Below the pieces are notes generated by a model. The model was not told where the DNA came from, ran no database searches, and was given only the letters and a program-made list of their open reading frames with translations. This document shows positions 18,277 to 28,202 of a stretch of 45,003 nucleotides of DNA, in pieces. Positions within the stretch are counted from its first letter, which is position 1. Every line of letters begins with the position of its first letter. The translations under genes and the position numbers were made by a program. The stretch is from a virus. The stretch lies in UHGV virus genome UHGV-0019907; one strand, 5' to 3'.

Positions 18277-19049
18277 ATGCGCTCCTTTGCAATCTGAAAA
18301 TACTCAGGCACTTTTTCAATTCCAATAAATTTACGGTTATTTAGCTTCGCCATTTTTCCTGTTGTTCCACTTCCCATAAATGGATCAAAAACTACATCGC
18401 CTTCATTTGACCATGAAATAATATGGTCGTTGGCTAGTTGTTCTGGAAAAATAGCAGGATGGTCAAAGGCAATTTTATCTTTTGTTGATAGGTTTTTACC
18501 AGTGTCGTATTTCCAGACATTAAATCTCTTTCCAAACTCTTTTTTATTAACAATTCTCCTTATTGTTCTGCTCTCCTCTTGGCTTCTTCTTGATGTTGTT
18601 TCTTCTCTACACTCTGCTTTTTTAACATTTTTTCTATCTTCAATTGGGTTAAATGTTTTTAACTTTCCTTTTGAAAAAACAAACATATACTCAAAATTCT
18701 GCCAGTAAGCGACATTACTACCACATGCCCCCATCCCTGACTTTTGATAAATCATCGTATCGTGCAGATTAAAACCGATCTCTTTAAAATACAGTGCTTG
18801 CCTGAATGACGTGCCTGTTTCACTACCCTTGATAGTCGCATCACCAACCACCCAAACCACCACACCGCCATCTTTTGTGATTCGGTATAACTCGTTTGCT
18901 ACTTGCTTGAATATATCGAAACTCCATTCAAGTGTTCCAGCGTAGGTGCGCAAATTGTCATAAGGCGGACTAGTCACAGTTAAGTCAATTATGCCTGATT
19001 CCATTTTCTGCATTTCAGTGATGCAGTCGCCTTGTATTAGATTGATCAT
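18264..19049 (-). CDS. DNA methyltransferase (N6-adenine/N4-cytosine, beta class)
   Basis: TSPPY (motif IV) lies N-terminal to FDPFMGSGTT (motif I). Confidence 0.85.
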   Translation of the reverse strand: MINLIQGDCITEMQKMESGIIDLTVTSPPYDNLRTYAGTLEWSFDIFKQVANELYRITKDGGVVVWVVGDATIKGSETGTSFRQALYFKEIGFNLHDTMIYQKSGMGACGSNVAYWQNFEYMFVFSKGKLKTFNPIEDRKNVKKAECREETTSRRSQEESRTIRRIVNKKEFGKRFNVWKYDTGKNLSTKDKIAFDHPAIFPEQLANDHIISWSNEGDVVFDPFMGSGTTGKMAKLNNRKFIGIEKVPEYFQIAKERINDN

Positions 19050-20845
19050 GCTACTTGATTCTCCCTATTAAATTTCTCTATATCGGTTTCGCGGTTGAAG
19101 TCGTAAATGTGCATATAGCCGCTTGATGACTTTTTGTATGTGATAGTGCGCGGATTGAAAGTCGGGTCGTTTAAAAACTTGTCATAAAATTTCGGCATGA
19201 TTTTATTTGACAGTGTGACTTGAACAATGCGTTCAGGTGTGCCGAAGCTGACCATAAGCGCGTCATTTCCCGCTTTGGATTTAAACGGCTTTTTACGGAT
19301 GAAGTTGATCGGATCGGTCTGCACCTGGGATAAGTCTTTTTTGAATGCTTTAAATTCCGCGATTAACTTGTCGTTTGGGTCAATCATTTGCTGACCGCAG
19401 GATTCGCAACGACGCGCGGTTAAATCGTTTTTATGGCTGCATTCAGGGCACTCTTTGAAACTCCAATAATAGGAGCAACGCTTAAACTCATTCTTGCCTA
19501 GTGGCTCAATATGGCTGCATCGGCGGCTATAATGGGCAGGGAATGGTTGGCCTTCGTATTCAATGCGTTCGCCCGTCAAGTCCAGGAAGTAGCCGAATTG
19601 GTCTACAGGATAGCCATCAGGATTCGGGCGCATGGTGACTTGGTTGACGTTATTGCATTCAGGGCATTGGATGTCGTGTTTAATAGAGTTTTTTCCCTTG
19701 TTGGCTGTAATGCGCGGATTAAAAATATCACCATCAGGGAAATGCTCATTAATGTTGTCAGCATAGTCTAACCATAAGCTGTATTCTTTGCCATCATAAA
19801 GGCGCAGGGCGCGGCCAATAATCTGTTGAATTAGTGAAGCTGATTCCGAGCGCCTAAGCGTGGCAATAATATCAACATGAGGTGCATCAAGCCCAGTGGT
19901 TAAGGTTGCCACATTTACGATATAACGAATTTTCTGTGTCTTAAACTCCTTGATGATTCTTCTGCGTTCTGCCTTTGGCGTGTCACCTGTAACCAGTGCG
20001 GAATTATAAGCAGGTAGGCTCGCCATGATCTCATGAGCATGATCAATCGTTGCAGCAAAGAACATCACGCCACGCGCATTCATACCGTTTGCATTGTGAA
20101 TCACATCAGCCACAATATCGGCTGTTTTCTTGCCGTGACCCACAAAAGCTTCGTCTATAGATTCCGCTGTGTATCCGTCACCTTTTAAAACTAGGTGTGA
20201 AGTGTCGTATTGTTCAGCACCGATTTTGCCGACACGAATAGGCGTTAAAAATCCTTGATCAATTAAATATTGCGTAGTGATACGGTAAAGCAATTTTTTG
20301 AAGTAAGGCTCTACTGTTTCTTCAACTGCTGCATTATTTTCGTCAATCTCATAAATATATCCAGTGTTTAAACGATATGGGGTGGCAGTCATGCCGATGA
20401 CGCGCAAGTTTTGGTTGCCTTGCTGCATATCGGCAATGATCTTTTTAATCGTTGGCGTAATGCGGTGCGCTTCGTCTAGTATGACGCAAGAAAAGTTTTC
20501 ACCCTGCTCTATGGCTTTAGACTTCCAAGTTCCCTCAGTGGCGAATACAACGTCATGGCGCAGGCTTTTCCCGATTGAAGCTGAGTAGATAGATGCTTCG
20601 TTGCCTGTGAGCAAATACTTTTCATAGTTCTGCTCTACAAGCTCAGCCGTAGGGCATAGGCACAGCACTTTCTTTTTACTGAGTGGTACAAGGATTCGAG
20701 CAAGTTCAGCGCAAATAAGGCTCTTGCCTGCGCCAGTTGCGAGTTCCAGCAATGCAGGGCTAGAGTTTTTTCTAACCCATGCAATTGCAGCGTCTACTGC
20801 TTCTTGTTGGTAGGGTCTTAATTGGTATGACATGATACTATCCAA
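19046..20845 (-). CDS. SF2 DEAH-box helicase with C-terminal zinc-ribbon region
   Basis: GAGKS Walker A, ILDEAHRI Walker B and MTATPYRL motif III; multiple CxxC pairs in the C-terminal third. Confidence 0.8.
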   Translation of the reverse strand: MDSIMSYQLRPYQQEAVDAAIAWVRKNSSPALLELATGAGKSLICAELARILVPLSKKKVLCLCPTAELVEQNYEKYLLTGNEASIYSASIGKSLRHDVVFATEGTWKSKAIEQGENFSCVILDEAHRITPTIKKIIADMQQGNQNLRVIGMTATPYRLNTGYIYEIDENNAAVEETVEPYFKKLLYRITTQYLIDQGFLTPIRVGKIGAEQYDTSHLVLKGDGYTAESIDEAFVGHGKKTADIVADVIHNANGMNARGVMFFAATIDHAHEIMASLPAYNSALVTGDTPKAERRRIIKEFKTQKIRYIVNVATLTTGLDAPHVDIIATLRRSESASLIQQIIGRALRLYDGKEYSLWLDYADNINEHFPDGDIFNPRITANKGKNSIKHDIQCPECNNVNQVTMRPNPDGYPVDQFGYFLDLTGERIEYEGQPFPAHYSRRCSHIEPLGKNEFKRCSYYWSFKECPECSHKNDLTARRCESCGQQMIDPNDKLIAEFKAFKKDLSQVQTDPINFIRKKPFKSKAGNDALMVSFGTPERIVQVTLSNKIMPKFYDKFLNDPTFNPRTITYKKSSSGYMHIYDFNRETDIEKFNRENQVA

Positions 20846-20932
20846 ATGTTGATTGGTGGCTGCATTCAGAAATGAGTGCAGCCGTTTTTATGGTTATCCT
20901 AAAAGTACGGAAGCAATGCTAGAAACACGGTC

Positions 20933-20949
20933 TTTACAAAGTTTGTAAA
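20933..20949. promoter_or_regulatory. palindromic operator-like site TTTACAAA-G-TTTGTAAA
   Basis: Perfect 8 bp inverted repeat just downstream of a - strand TATAAT, between the DUF559 gene and the helicase gene. Confidence 0.35.
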
Positions 20950-20955
20950 TATCCT

Positions 20956-21567
20956 TCAATCAAAATTATACTCAACAGGATGGAAGAAGTCCGAGTGTAT
21001 TAACTTGTTGATTTTTGCTACAGATAGGGCAAAATCCGAAGAATTATCCTCAACTCTAATTATTTTCACCTTCGTGAATCCCTTATTCATTAGGTGATCA
21101 ACAACCATTTTGTCTCGCTCTTTGTCTTTTCTATTATTTCGCTTATGCTGTCTTTCGTCATACTCAATAACAGCGCAACCAAAATCGCCATAAATAAACA
21201 AATCAACAAGAATATAGGAGTCTCCGATATATAACTTGTGCTGTGTTTTGTACTTTATGTCTGTTATTTGAAGCAACCCTTTTATTATGGATGTAAATAG
21301 TATTTCATTTCGCATCAAGCAAACATCACTCAACTCCAAACCAAAGTGGTCTGCTACTTTTTGAGAATCTGCGCGACTTCTTAATAAAAAGAAATTCAAC
21401 TGATCTTTGGTTATCTTGCAGAGTTTCTTTTGCTGACCACCATGACCAACAGTATCAAAATAAACACTCTCTTTACCAAAGTGCTTAAATGCGAACTCGG
21501 CAACTATTCTCCCACCCATGAGACCTGCAACTCTTGCGATCTCATTACAACAGTATAGTTTTTCCAT
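20956..21567 (-). CDS. DUF559 / Vsr-like PD-(D/E)xK endonuclease domain protein
   Basis: YILVDLFIYGDFGCAVIEYDERQHK...ERDK...GFTKVKIIRV. Start at MEKLYCC. AT-rich relative to its neighbours. Confidence 0.6.
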   Translation of the reverse strand: MEKLYCCNEIARVAGLMGGRIVAEFAFKHFGKESVYFDTVGHGGQQKKLCKITKDQLNFFLLRSRADSQKVADHFGLELSDVCLMRNEILFTSIIKGLLQITDIKYKTQHKLYIGDSYILVDLFIYGDFGCAVIEYDERQHKRNNRKDKERDKMVVDHLMNKGFTKVKIIRVEDNSSDFALSVAKINKLIHSDFFHPVEYNFD

Positions 21568-21682
21568 TTCCGTTACCCTAACGTAAGCTAGTATTAAAAA
21601 ATAAGCAGATAATTCTGCTCTCAAAGGGCTACCCTAGTTGTCCTGTTATTATAGCACAATATAAACATATATTTGTATATGC

Positions 21683-21913
21683 TTACCGCAAAACCTCGTC
21701 AATCTTACTTAATGCTTTATTTAATGCTTCGTGGAATCCAGCGCGGTAAAGTGGAAATTCATCCTCATCAGGCTCCATTGAACTTAGTTCCTTTTTAATG
21801 CGTCTTAACTTGGCGCGGATATGCTTTGCATCGGCTGTCTTTTCGCGTTTCTCAATGTGCCGTTTGGCGTTTTTAATTTGCTTTGCGTAGTTTTCAGGGG
21901 TGTTCATTGGCAT
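21683..21913 (-). CDS. hypothetical basic helical protein
   Basis: 76 aa, Lys/Arg-rich, second gene of the leftward early operon. Confidence 0.4.
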   Translation of the reverse strand: MPMNTPENYAKQIKNAKRHIEKREKTADAKHIRAKLRRIKKELSSMEPDEDEFPLYRAGFHEALNKALSKIDEVLR

Positions 21914-22161
21914 GACTCCACATCTTTAATCCATGATTCATATACAGCCACTATTTTTGGATCATCGTTATACTTATTTTCACGTATCTGCTTTTTGGCT
22001 TCTTGTACTGTAGACCAAATTAAAAATAGATTCTCATGACTTTCAACAAGGCGTTTTAATTGAATCCAAAATCCAGTATTTAGCCAGCCATTCTGCGCAC
22101 ATGCTGCCTTGCATTTTTTGTATCCGTGTTTTTTAAAATATTCATTCGCTTTCATCTTCAC
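21904..22161 (-). CDS. hypothetical protein (first early gene)
   Basis: 85 aa ORF directly downstream of the divergent intergenic region at 22162-22220. Confidence 0.4.
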   Translation of the reverse strand: MKMKANEYFKKHGYKKCKAACAQNGWLNTGFWIQLKRLVESHENLFLIWSTVQEAKKQIRENKYNDDPKIVAVYESWIKDVESCQ

Positions 22162-22220
22162 TCTCCTAAAAGTCTTGCTTAGTAATTAATAATAACATAT
22201 TATCATGAACATTGATTTAA

Positions 22221-25200
22221 TTGTCAAACTTTAAGACAATAATTAGCGGTTTTTGGAATGGTGCAATGAAAAATAACTTTGAAGGCTTATCTGTTGAGAC
22301 AATACGGACAGCTTTGTATTACCTCGATTATGAGGATTCAGAACAGTGGCTGCGCAGTGGGATGGCGCTTTATTCCGAGCTTGGAGAAGAAGGCTTTGAC
22401 CTTTGGAATGCCTGGTCTAGCTTGGGTTCGACTTATGACCGAAAAAACATTAAGGTGCGGTGGCGCACGTTCCGCAAGGGCAGCGGTGGCCGACCTGTAA
22501 CCATTGCATCACTGATTTATCACGCGATGAATGCGGGCTTTAAATTTGACGAAACCAAAAAAGAAGTTTCACCGCATATCATTCAGCAACGTGCAGAGCG
22601 CAGAAAACAGCTTGAACTTGAAGCGCAAGAAGAACAGAAAAAGGTTATTCAAGGCTATGCAAGCGCAAAGAATCAGGCACAACAAAAGTGGGCGCAGGCC
22701 AAAGAATGCAGCGAACATCCATACCTGACCAAAAAAGACGTGATGGCGCACAATACGCGCATTGGAAAATGGTTTTATAAAGACGAAAGCGGTGTATTAC
22801 AGACTGAGGAAAACGCGCTGTTAGTGCCGTTATTTAAAAACGGTGTGCTAGTATCCATGCAGGGTATTCTGCCAAGTGGCGCAAAGAAACTGCTTTATAA
22901 GGGTGAAAAACAAGGCGTTTATCACGACTTTGGCGAACTGACGCACACAATTCTAATTTGCGAAGGCTGGGCGACTGGCGCAACTTTGCATGAAGCTACA
23001 CAACTTTACACATTAGCCGCAATTGACGCAGGGAACTTGATTCATGTTGCGAAATACATCCGTAAAAAATATCCGCTGCATAGATTGGTTATCTGTGCCG
23101 ACAACGACCAGTACAAGAAGTCAAACACAGGCCTTAAATCTGCTTATGCTGCCTCCTGTGCTGTCGATGCAGATGTTGCTTACCCAATCTTCGCAGATGT
23201 ATCAAGCAAGCCAACAGACTTCAACGACCTGTATTTTGAAGCAGGATACAATGCCGTATATGAACGAGTCGTCAAGCCGACATTGTACTATGCTAAAGAA
23301 TCAGGAACGGATGCGTTTAATGCTTTTGACCTACCGTATATAGATGACGCTGAAAAAGTCCTAGAAGAATCGAACGCGCCTTTAGATATTGCCCGGGCTG
23401 CTTTGGTGGTCGCGGTTCGCATGTCGGAAAAAGTGCCTGCGTTTATAAATATTGAAACGATCAGAAAATTTATCGCACATCCGCTTTTAAATCCTAGAAC
23501 GCATACATCCATTATGTGCCGTGTGCAATGGGCGATTCAAAACCGTAAACGTATGGCGACTACTGCATTAAGACCGCAATCATGGGGCAAACATGAGCAT
23601 GTTGTTGTTGAATCGCTAGAAGAATTTGTGCCGACCAATCCTGTTTCATTGGTATTCGCGCCAATGGGTTCAGGCAAAACTCGAAACGTGATTACACCGT
23701 TTTCGAAGATTCCAGATAAGACGTTTGGGGCAATTGCGCACCGTAGAAGCCTGATTGCCGATTTATCAGGCAAGTTAGGCATTGACAATTATGATGATAT
23801 GACGAGCGCAAAGGCTGACGTATCCGAGCGCATGGCGATTTGCTTGCCATCCATCAAAAGCCTGCAATTGCAAAATTTTGTCGGGCGTATTCAAAACTTG
23901 GCCATTGATGAAATTAGTCAAAATATACGATTCACATCATCAAAGGAGTGCAAAGTTGCGGGCGCGAACCAAGAGTCTGTATTCTTAGGCTTAAAACAGC
24001 TTGTAAATGAATCCGAGCGCGTGATTGTGGCAGACGCTTCGATTGATCAGACCACGCTGGATTTTATGCAGGAAGCGCGGCCGGATGAAGTTTTCACGAT
24101 TGTCGAGCAGATTCCACGCAACAGCAACCGCAAGTGCTTTCTATATGGCGACCGCGCTGACCTATTAACCCAGGTAACTATTGAACTGCAAAACGGTGGC
24201 AATGTGTGGTTTTCGGTGGAAAGTGCAGAACGTGCCGAAGTTTTAAAGCAAATGTTCGCTGATGATTATGAAGTGCTGACGATTACTTCAAAGAACAGTA
24301 AAACCAAGCAGATCAAGCACTTTCTGGAAAATATTGAAGTGGAATCTCGCAAGTATCGCATGGTGATTGCATCGCCCGCTATCTCATCAGGGGTTAGTGT
24401 TGAGCATCATGACGGCAAACACTTCACCATGATTGCAGGCATGGCTTCGGGTCATTCTATTTGCTTCTCAGACTTCGCGCAGATGCTAGGCCGGGTTCGC
24501 TATGTGCCGCATTATCACGTTTGTTTGCAGGCCAACAACAAGCGCTATGAACACGTAAACGCGCAGTCTATCTTATTGGGCTTGCGTCAAGCTGCTGCTT
24601 TAGAAGGCGCAGTGCTGAAAGAAAATGAATATTCCAAATTTAAGGCACACATTGAAGCCACTGAGGAAATGTATCGTGCCGACTTTGCCAATGGCTTTGT
24701 GTGGTTTTTAGAATACTACTGCTTTGAAATGATGCAGTCGATGGTGGCTAATGTAGATTATTCGCTTAGTGAAAAAATGAAGGCGCTATCAAAGGAATTA
24801 AAAGATAAATACCGTTACAGCATCCGAACGGCTGAAAAAATCAGCACCGAAAAAGCGCGTGAAATCGAAGCGAAGCAAAACACCACGGACGAAGAAGAAA
24901 CACAATTGGTCGCGTTCAAGATTCGGTCTAGTCTAGGATTCAACCTGGATCACGACATTGTAGACGAGAATATAGACATGTTTGAAAACATGCCGACATT
25001 GGATAGATTCGCGCGTCTGATGGGCTATGCTTTCGATATTGATGATACGGAAAACAATATCGCACTAAGACGCTTCCATAACGCACAGATTGCTGCTGTA
25101 GGCACGATATTTGAAAATAGCGATATATGTAGCACGTTCTACGGAAAAGCCGAATGTGACGCTCTCATTGCGCGTGTGAGCGATAATAAAAACAGATTCC

Positions 25201-25445
25201 TGCTTAGTTCGCTTAAATTGATTCCGTCGCGGTATGGTCAGTGGCGTGAAGCGAAAAACGGCGACCTTTTAAAAATGGGGATGCCGACGAACACCAGCAA
25301 GAGCGTGGCTCAGATTTTGGACAAGTACGGACTGACTTGGAAACGCGCCACAAAGGATGGTGAACGCGGTTATCGTGTGAACGTGGATAGCTGGAACAAA
25401 ATGAAGGCTTATGCGGATAGAAGATATAAAAAGGCCCTCGATTGA
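22221..25445 (+). CDS. DNA primase/helicase replication protein (PriCT-2-like N-terminus, TOPRIM, P-loop NTPase)
   Basis: WNAWSSLGSTYDRKNIKVRWRTF (PriCT-2-like); LICEGWATGATL and CADNDQ (TOPRIM); FAPMGSGKT Walker A and LAIDEIS Walker B. The track start is TTG at 22221; the first ATG is at 22266. Confidence 0.8.
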   Translation: MSNFKTIISGFWNGAMKNNFEGLSVETIRTALYYLDYEDSEQWLRSGMALYSELGEEGFDLWNAWSSLGSTYDRKNIKVRWRTFRKGSGGRPVTIASLIYHAMNAGFKFDETKKEVSPHIIQQRAERRKQLELEAQEEQKKVIQGYASAKNQAQQKWAQAKECSEHPYLTKKDVMAHNTRIGKWFYKDESGVLQTEENALLVPLFKNGVLVSMQGILPSGAKKLLYKGEKQGVYHDFGELTHTILICEGWATGATLHEATQLYTLAAIDAGNLIHVAKYIRKKYPLHRLVICADNDQYKKSNTGLKSAYAASCAVDADVAYPIFADVSSKPTDFNDLYFEAGYNAVYERVVKPTLYYAKESGTDAFNAFDLPYIDDAEKVLEESNAPLDIARAALVVAVRMSEKVPAFINIETIRKFIAHPLLNPRTHTSIMCRVQWAIQNRKRMATTALRPQSWGKHEHVVVESLEEFVPTNPVSLVFAPMGSGKTRNVITPFSKIPDKTFGAIAHRRSLIADLSGKLGIDNYDDMTSAKADVSERMAICLPSIKSLQLQNFVGRIQNLAIDEISQNIRFTSSKECKVAGANQESVFLGLKQLVNESERVIVADASIDQTTLDFMQEARPDEVFTIVEQIPRNSNRKCFLYGDRADLLTQVTIELQNGGNVWFSVESAERAEVLKQMFADDYEVLTITSKNSKTKQIKHFLENIEVESRKYRMVIASPAISSGVSVEHHDGKHFTMIAGMASGHSICFSDFAQMLGRVRYVPHYHVCLQANNKRYEHVNAQSILLGLRQAAALEGAVLKENEYSKFKAHIEATEEMYRADFANGFVWFLEYYCFEMMQSMVANVDYSLSEKMKALSKELKDKYRYSIRTAEKISTEKAREIEAKQNTTDEEETQLVAFKIRSSLGFNLDHDIVDENIDMFENMPTLDRFARLMGYAFDIDDTENNIALRRFHNAQIAAVGTIFENSDICSTFYGKAECDALIARVSDNKNRFLLSSLKLIPSRYGQWREAKNGDLLKMGMPTNTSKSVAQILDKYGLTWKRATKDGERGYRVNVDSWNKMKAYADRRYKKALD

Positions 25446-25460
25446 GGGCTTTTGTTTTTA
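25430..25460. terminator. rho-independent terminator (serves convergent genes)
   Basis: ggccctc-gatt-gagggc followed by ttttgttttt. Confidence 0.65.
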
Positions 25461-25466
25461 GATGAA

Positions 25467-25688
25467 TTAAACTGAATTAATAGTGGTCCTTAATATATCT
25501 TTAATACAATCATTGCACAGATGAGTGGTTGATGGACCATAAGGGATAATATAAGCAATATTTACCACAGCATAACTAGGGCTATCATGTGGTCCTTGAC
25601 TCCCGTATGGCAATCTTATTTGCTTTGCATCCTTATCTGCTTCTTTTCCACAGACATCACAAGCGTATTCTTTTTTAATTATTTCCAT
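25467..25688 (-). CDS. small zinc-ribbon protein
   Basis: CDVCG...CNDC (two CxxC pairs); 73 aa. Confidence 0.45.
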   Translation of the reverse strand: MEIIKKEYACDVCGKEADKDAKQIRLPYGSQGPHDSPSYAVVNIAYIIPYGPSTTHLCNDCIKDILRTTINSV

Positions 25689-25689
25689 A

Positions 25690-26352
25690 TTAAGATACCA
25701 CCACTTGATAAACCTGCTTGGCCTTACTTGATGCTAGCTTGTAAATATCCTTGTAATTCATTTCTTTTTCAATGCCTTGTGTTAATGCGCTTGCAATAAC
25801 GCGCTCGACCATTGCCAAGTGTTCAAGCTGCACTGCGCTTAATGAATCTCTTTGGCCTGCGCTGATATTTAGAATTTCATTTGTTGCTTTGGTAATGATT
25901 GCATAATAGCGCTCACTGCTCTGGCTGCCATTGCTTTTTGCGTATTCAATAAATTCCTTGATTGCATCCGTTTCAACTCTGCGGATCATCTTGCCCTCAG
26001 CGCGGTAAAATCCATGCTTGCGAATTGATGGCAAAACCTCACCAGTAACCCATGCTCGGAACAAAACAGCTTTTTGCTTTCGGCTATTGAAAACCAACTC
26101 ATAAAAAATTTGCTCATTTATGATCGTGGCTTTTTGCTTTCCGCCTGATGTTTGGATAAGGGTGTCGGTAATGCCGACGTCCTTTGCGCCTGCTGTTTTT
26201 AGTTTCTTGCTTATTTCGTTTACAGCATCACGGGAGTTCTTGATTCCCAGAACGCGACAAACATCACCAGCTAAAAACCACGGTTCGCCATTCTTGATAG
26301 TTGCTTTTAATTCACCAAGTTCAGGATGAGAAAATAATTGTACTTGCGACAT
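25690..26352 (-). CDS. Bro-N domain antirepressor-like protein
   Basis: N-terminal FLAGDVCRVLGIKNSRDAV (Bro-N / KilA-N type) and a C-terminal helical domain. Confidence 0.7.
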   Translation of the reverse strand: MSQVQLFSHPELGELKATIKNGEPWFLAGDVCRVLGIKNSRDAVNEISKKLKTAGAKDVGITDTLIQTSGGKQKATIINEQIFYELVFNSRKQKAVLFRAWVTGEVLPSIRKHGFYRAEGKMIRRVETDAIKEFIEYAKSNGSQSSERYYAIITKATNEILNISAGQRDSLSAVQLEHLAMVERVIASALTQGIEKEMNYKDIYKLASSKAKQVYQVVVS

Positions 26353-26672
26353 TTTGAAACTCCATTAAGTAAAAGAATCCCTACTTTGATAATGGTCATT
26401 TCAGGATGGTTTTATTATATCAAATTGACGGTTAATTTGGGAGTGGTATTTGTATATTTTATCTAAATGAGAATGATTCTATAAAGTTAAAATCTTACCA
26501 GTTAGCCTATTCTTCTTATATATCATTAGGGTTTAATGGTATAAATATTATATAGAAATAACGCGTAATTCATATAAAAAAGTAATGTACTTTATTTAAA
26601 TTAATAGAAAAAAGTAATTAGAAGTTTTACTATAATTATAATAATATATTGACATAACTTAGGAGAAATCAC
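26353..26672. promoter_or_regulatory. AT-rich 320 bp divergent control region
   Basis: Very low GC, with repeated AAAAAGTAAT and TATAAT-like boxes. It separates the leftward Bro-N operon from the rightward late operon. Confidence 0.4.
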
Positions 26673-26876
26673 ATGAAAGTAAAGATCAAAACATATAACG
26701 AAGAGTTAACGTATCTGACACTTGGAAAAGAGTATGAGGTAATCGAAGAATCTGAAAACTTCTTTGTTATCCGAGCTGACAAATATGGAAATATCTTGTG
26801 CAAGTTTAACGACTGCTATCACCTAAACGGCGGATCATGGGAGATCGTCACAGAATCGCGTACAAGCCAAAATTAA
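26673..26876 (+). CDS. hypothetical small protein
   Basis: 67 aa with a TTAGGAGA RBS, preceded by the conserved moron 5' cassette. Confidence 0.45.
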   Translation: MKVKIKTYNEELTYLTLGKEYEVIEESENFFVIRADKYGNILCKFNDCYHLNGGSWEIVTESRTSQN

Positions 26877-26946
26877 CCCAACAAGCTACATCGGTATAGG
26901 TAGACACATAAAAACGCCTATATCGAGCTTACAGTGAGAAATAGAC

Positions 26947-28008
26947 ATGCTTTTAAACTCAATTAAAGACCAATCACTTACTTCTGAAGTTGAAGAATGG
27001 TTAAAAAACAACAAAGCTACTGTTATTCCGCGTGGAGTTTCAACCGCAACCGGATATACACCGCCGCAACCATCGGAACGGACGCCACAGGAATCTAAAA
27101 AACGCATCCGTGAAGTCAATCAGATCGTGAAAGCGGAAAAAGAAGCGAAAAAAATGATGGCAAAGGCGAGTTATCAGGCGCAAAAAATGCTCACAGACCA
27201 GCAGACCAAGCGCGAAGCCATTGAGATCATGAAAGTATTTAGGGAAAAAGCCAATCATGGCGATGTGGGTAGACTTGCGAAAATTCTAGGCATCGCAAGA
27301 AAAACCCTGTCAAACTGGGCGTGTGGTGCTGGACTGCCCGACCAGAAAAAACTTGAAAAACTTAAAATTGAAGTTTCCAGATTTGAGTTTAAAGAGCCAG
27401 TTCCGCAAAAAGAAAAGCGAAAAATTCGAGATCGGGCAAAGCGTTCAAAAAATCCAGAGGTTGTACGCAGAAGAGATTTAGCAAAGCGCAAAAAACAGGC
27501 CATTGACGCAGGGCTTAAAGAATTTCAGGCCACATGCGCTAAACATGGCTTGACGACATACATGATTGCATCGGGTGCAGCTCGTTGCCAGAAATGCAGA
27601 ACTGACCAGCAGCAGGAGCGTGCAAGCAAAATCAGCCCAAACCTGAAAAAGATGCAGCAGTGCGTTAAAGATGGCGTTGATTCATTTATCGGTGAGTGTA
27701 AAAAACATGGTGAAGCAAAATTTTATGTAAACAAATCAGGAAAAAACCACGTTTACCGCTGTGATTTATGCCGAAAAGAAGCCCACAAAAAGCAGAATGA
27801 AAGGAAGGTTTTAACGGATGAACAGCGTTATCGCAGATTAAACCGTGAAATTGCTTTAACGATGTACGCAGCAGACCCGACAAATCGAAAATTTATAGGG
27901 ATGTGCATCAAACACGGTGAAACTGAATTCTATATCAAAATGGAAAAAAGACTGCCTTCTGGCGTGGCTTATGCTTGTAAAGCCTGTAAGAACAATGTTA
28001 AGATATAA
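26947..28008 (+). CDS. HTH DNA-binding protein with three tandem zinc-ribbon-like repeats
   Basis: HTH VGRLAKILGIARKTLSNWA. Three repeats C-x-KHG-x-T-x-F/Y...C-x2-C: CAKHGLTTY..CQKC, CKKHGEAKFY..CDLC and CIKHGETEFY..CKAC. Confidence 0.55.
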   Translation: MLLNSIKDQSLTSEVEEWLKNNKATVIPRGVSTATGYTPPQPSERTPQESKKRIREVNQIVKAEKEAKKMMAKASYQAQKMLTDQQTKREAIEIMKVFREKANHGDVGRLAKILGIARKTLSNWACGAGLPDQKKLEKLKIEVSRFEFKEPVPQKEKRKIRDRAKRSKNPEVVRRRDLAKRKKQAIDAGLKEFQATCAKHGLTTYMIASGAARCQKCRTDQQQERASKISPNLKKMQQCVKDGVDSFIGECKKHGEAKFYVNKSGKNHVYRCDLCRKEAHKKQNERKVLTDEQRYRRLNREIALTMYAADPTNRKFIGMCIKHGETEFYIKMEKRLPSGVAYACKACKNNVKI

Positions 28009-28010
28009 AC

Positions 28011-28202
28011 ATGCTTAACCAACTGCTAGACCTCTGCATCCAAACCGATGCAATTTTTGAAGTGCAGTCCAAGACTGTGAAAGTGATTAAATACAAGGGC
28101 GAATGGATACCAAACAAACGCCCTGAATTATACGCAAAATGCCATGTCGATGATGTGGCGGCTTTAGGAGAGATTTATGCGAAATTGCAGAGAGTATCTT
28201 GA
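28011..28202 (+). CDS. hypothetical protein
   Basis: 63 aa ORF 3 nt after the previous stop. Confidence 0.35.
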   Translation: MLNQLLDLCIQTDAIFEVQSKTVKVIKYKGEWIPNKRPELYAKCHVDDVAALGEIYAKLQRVS

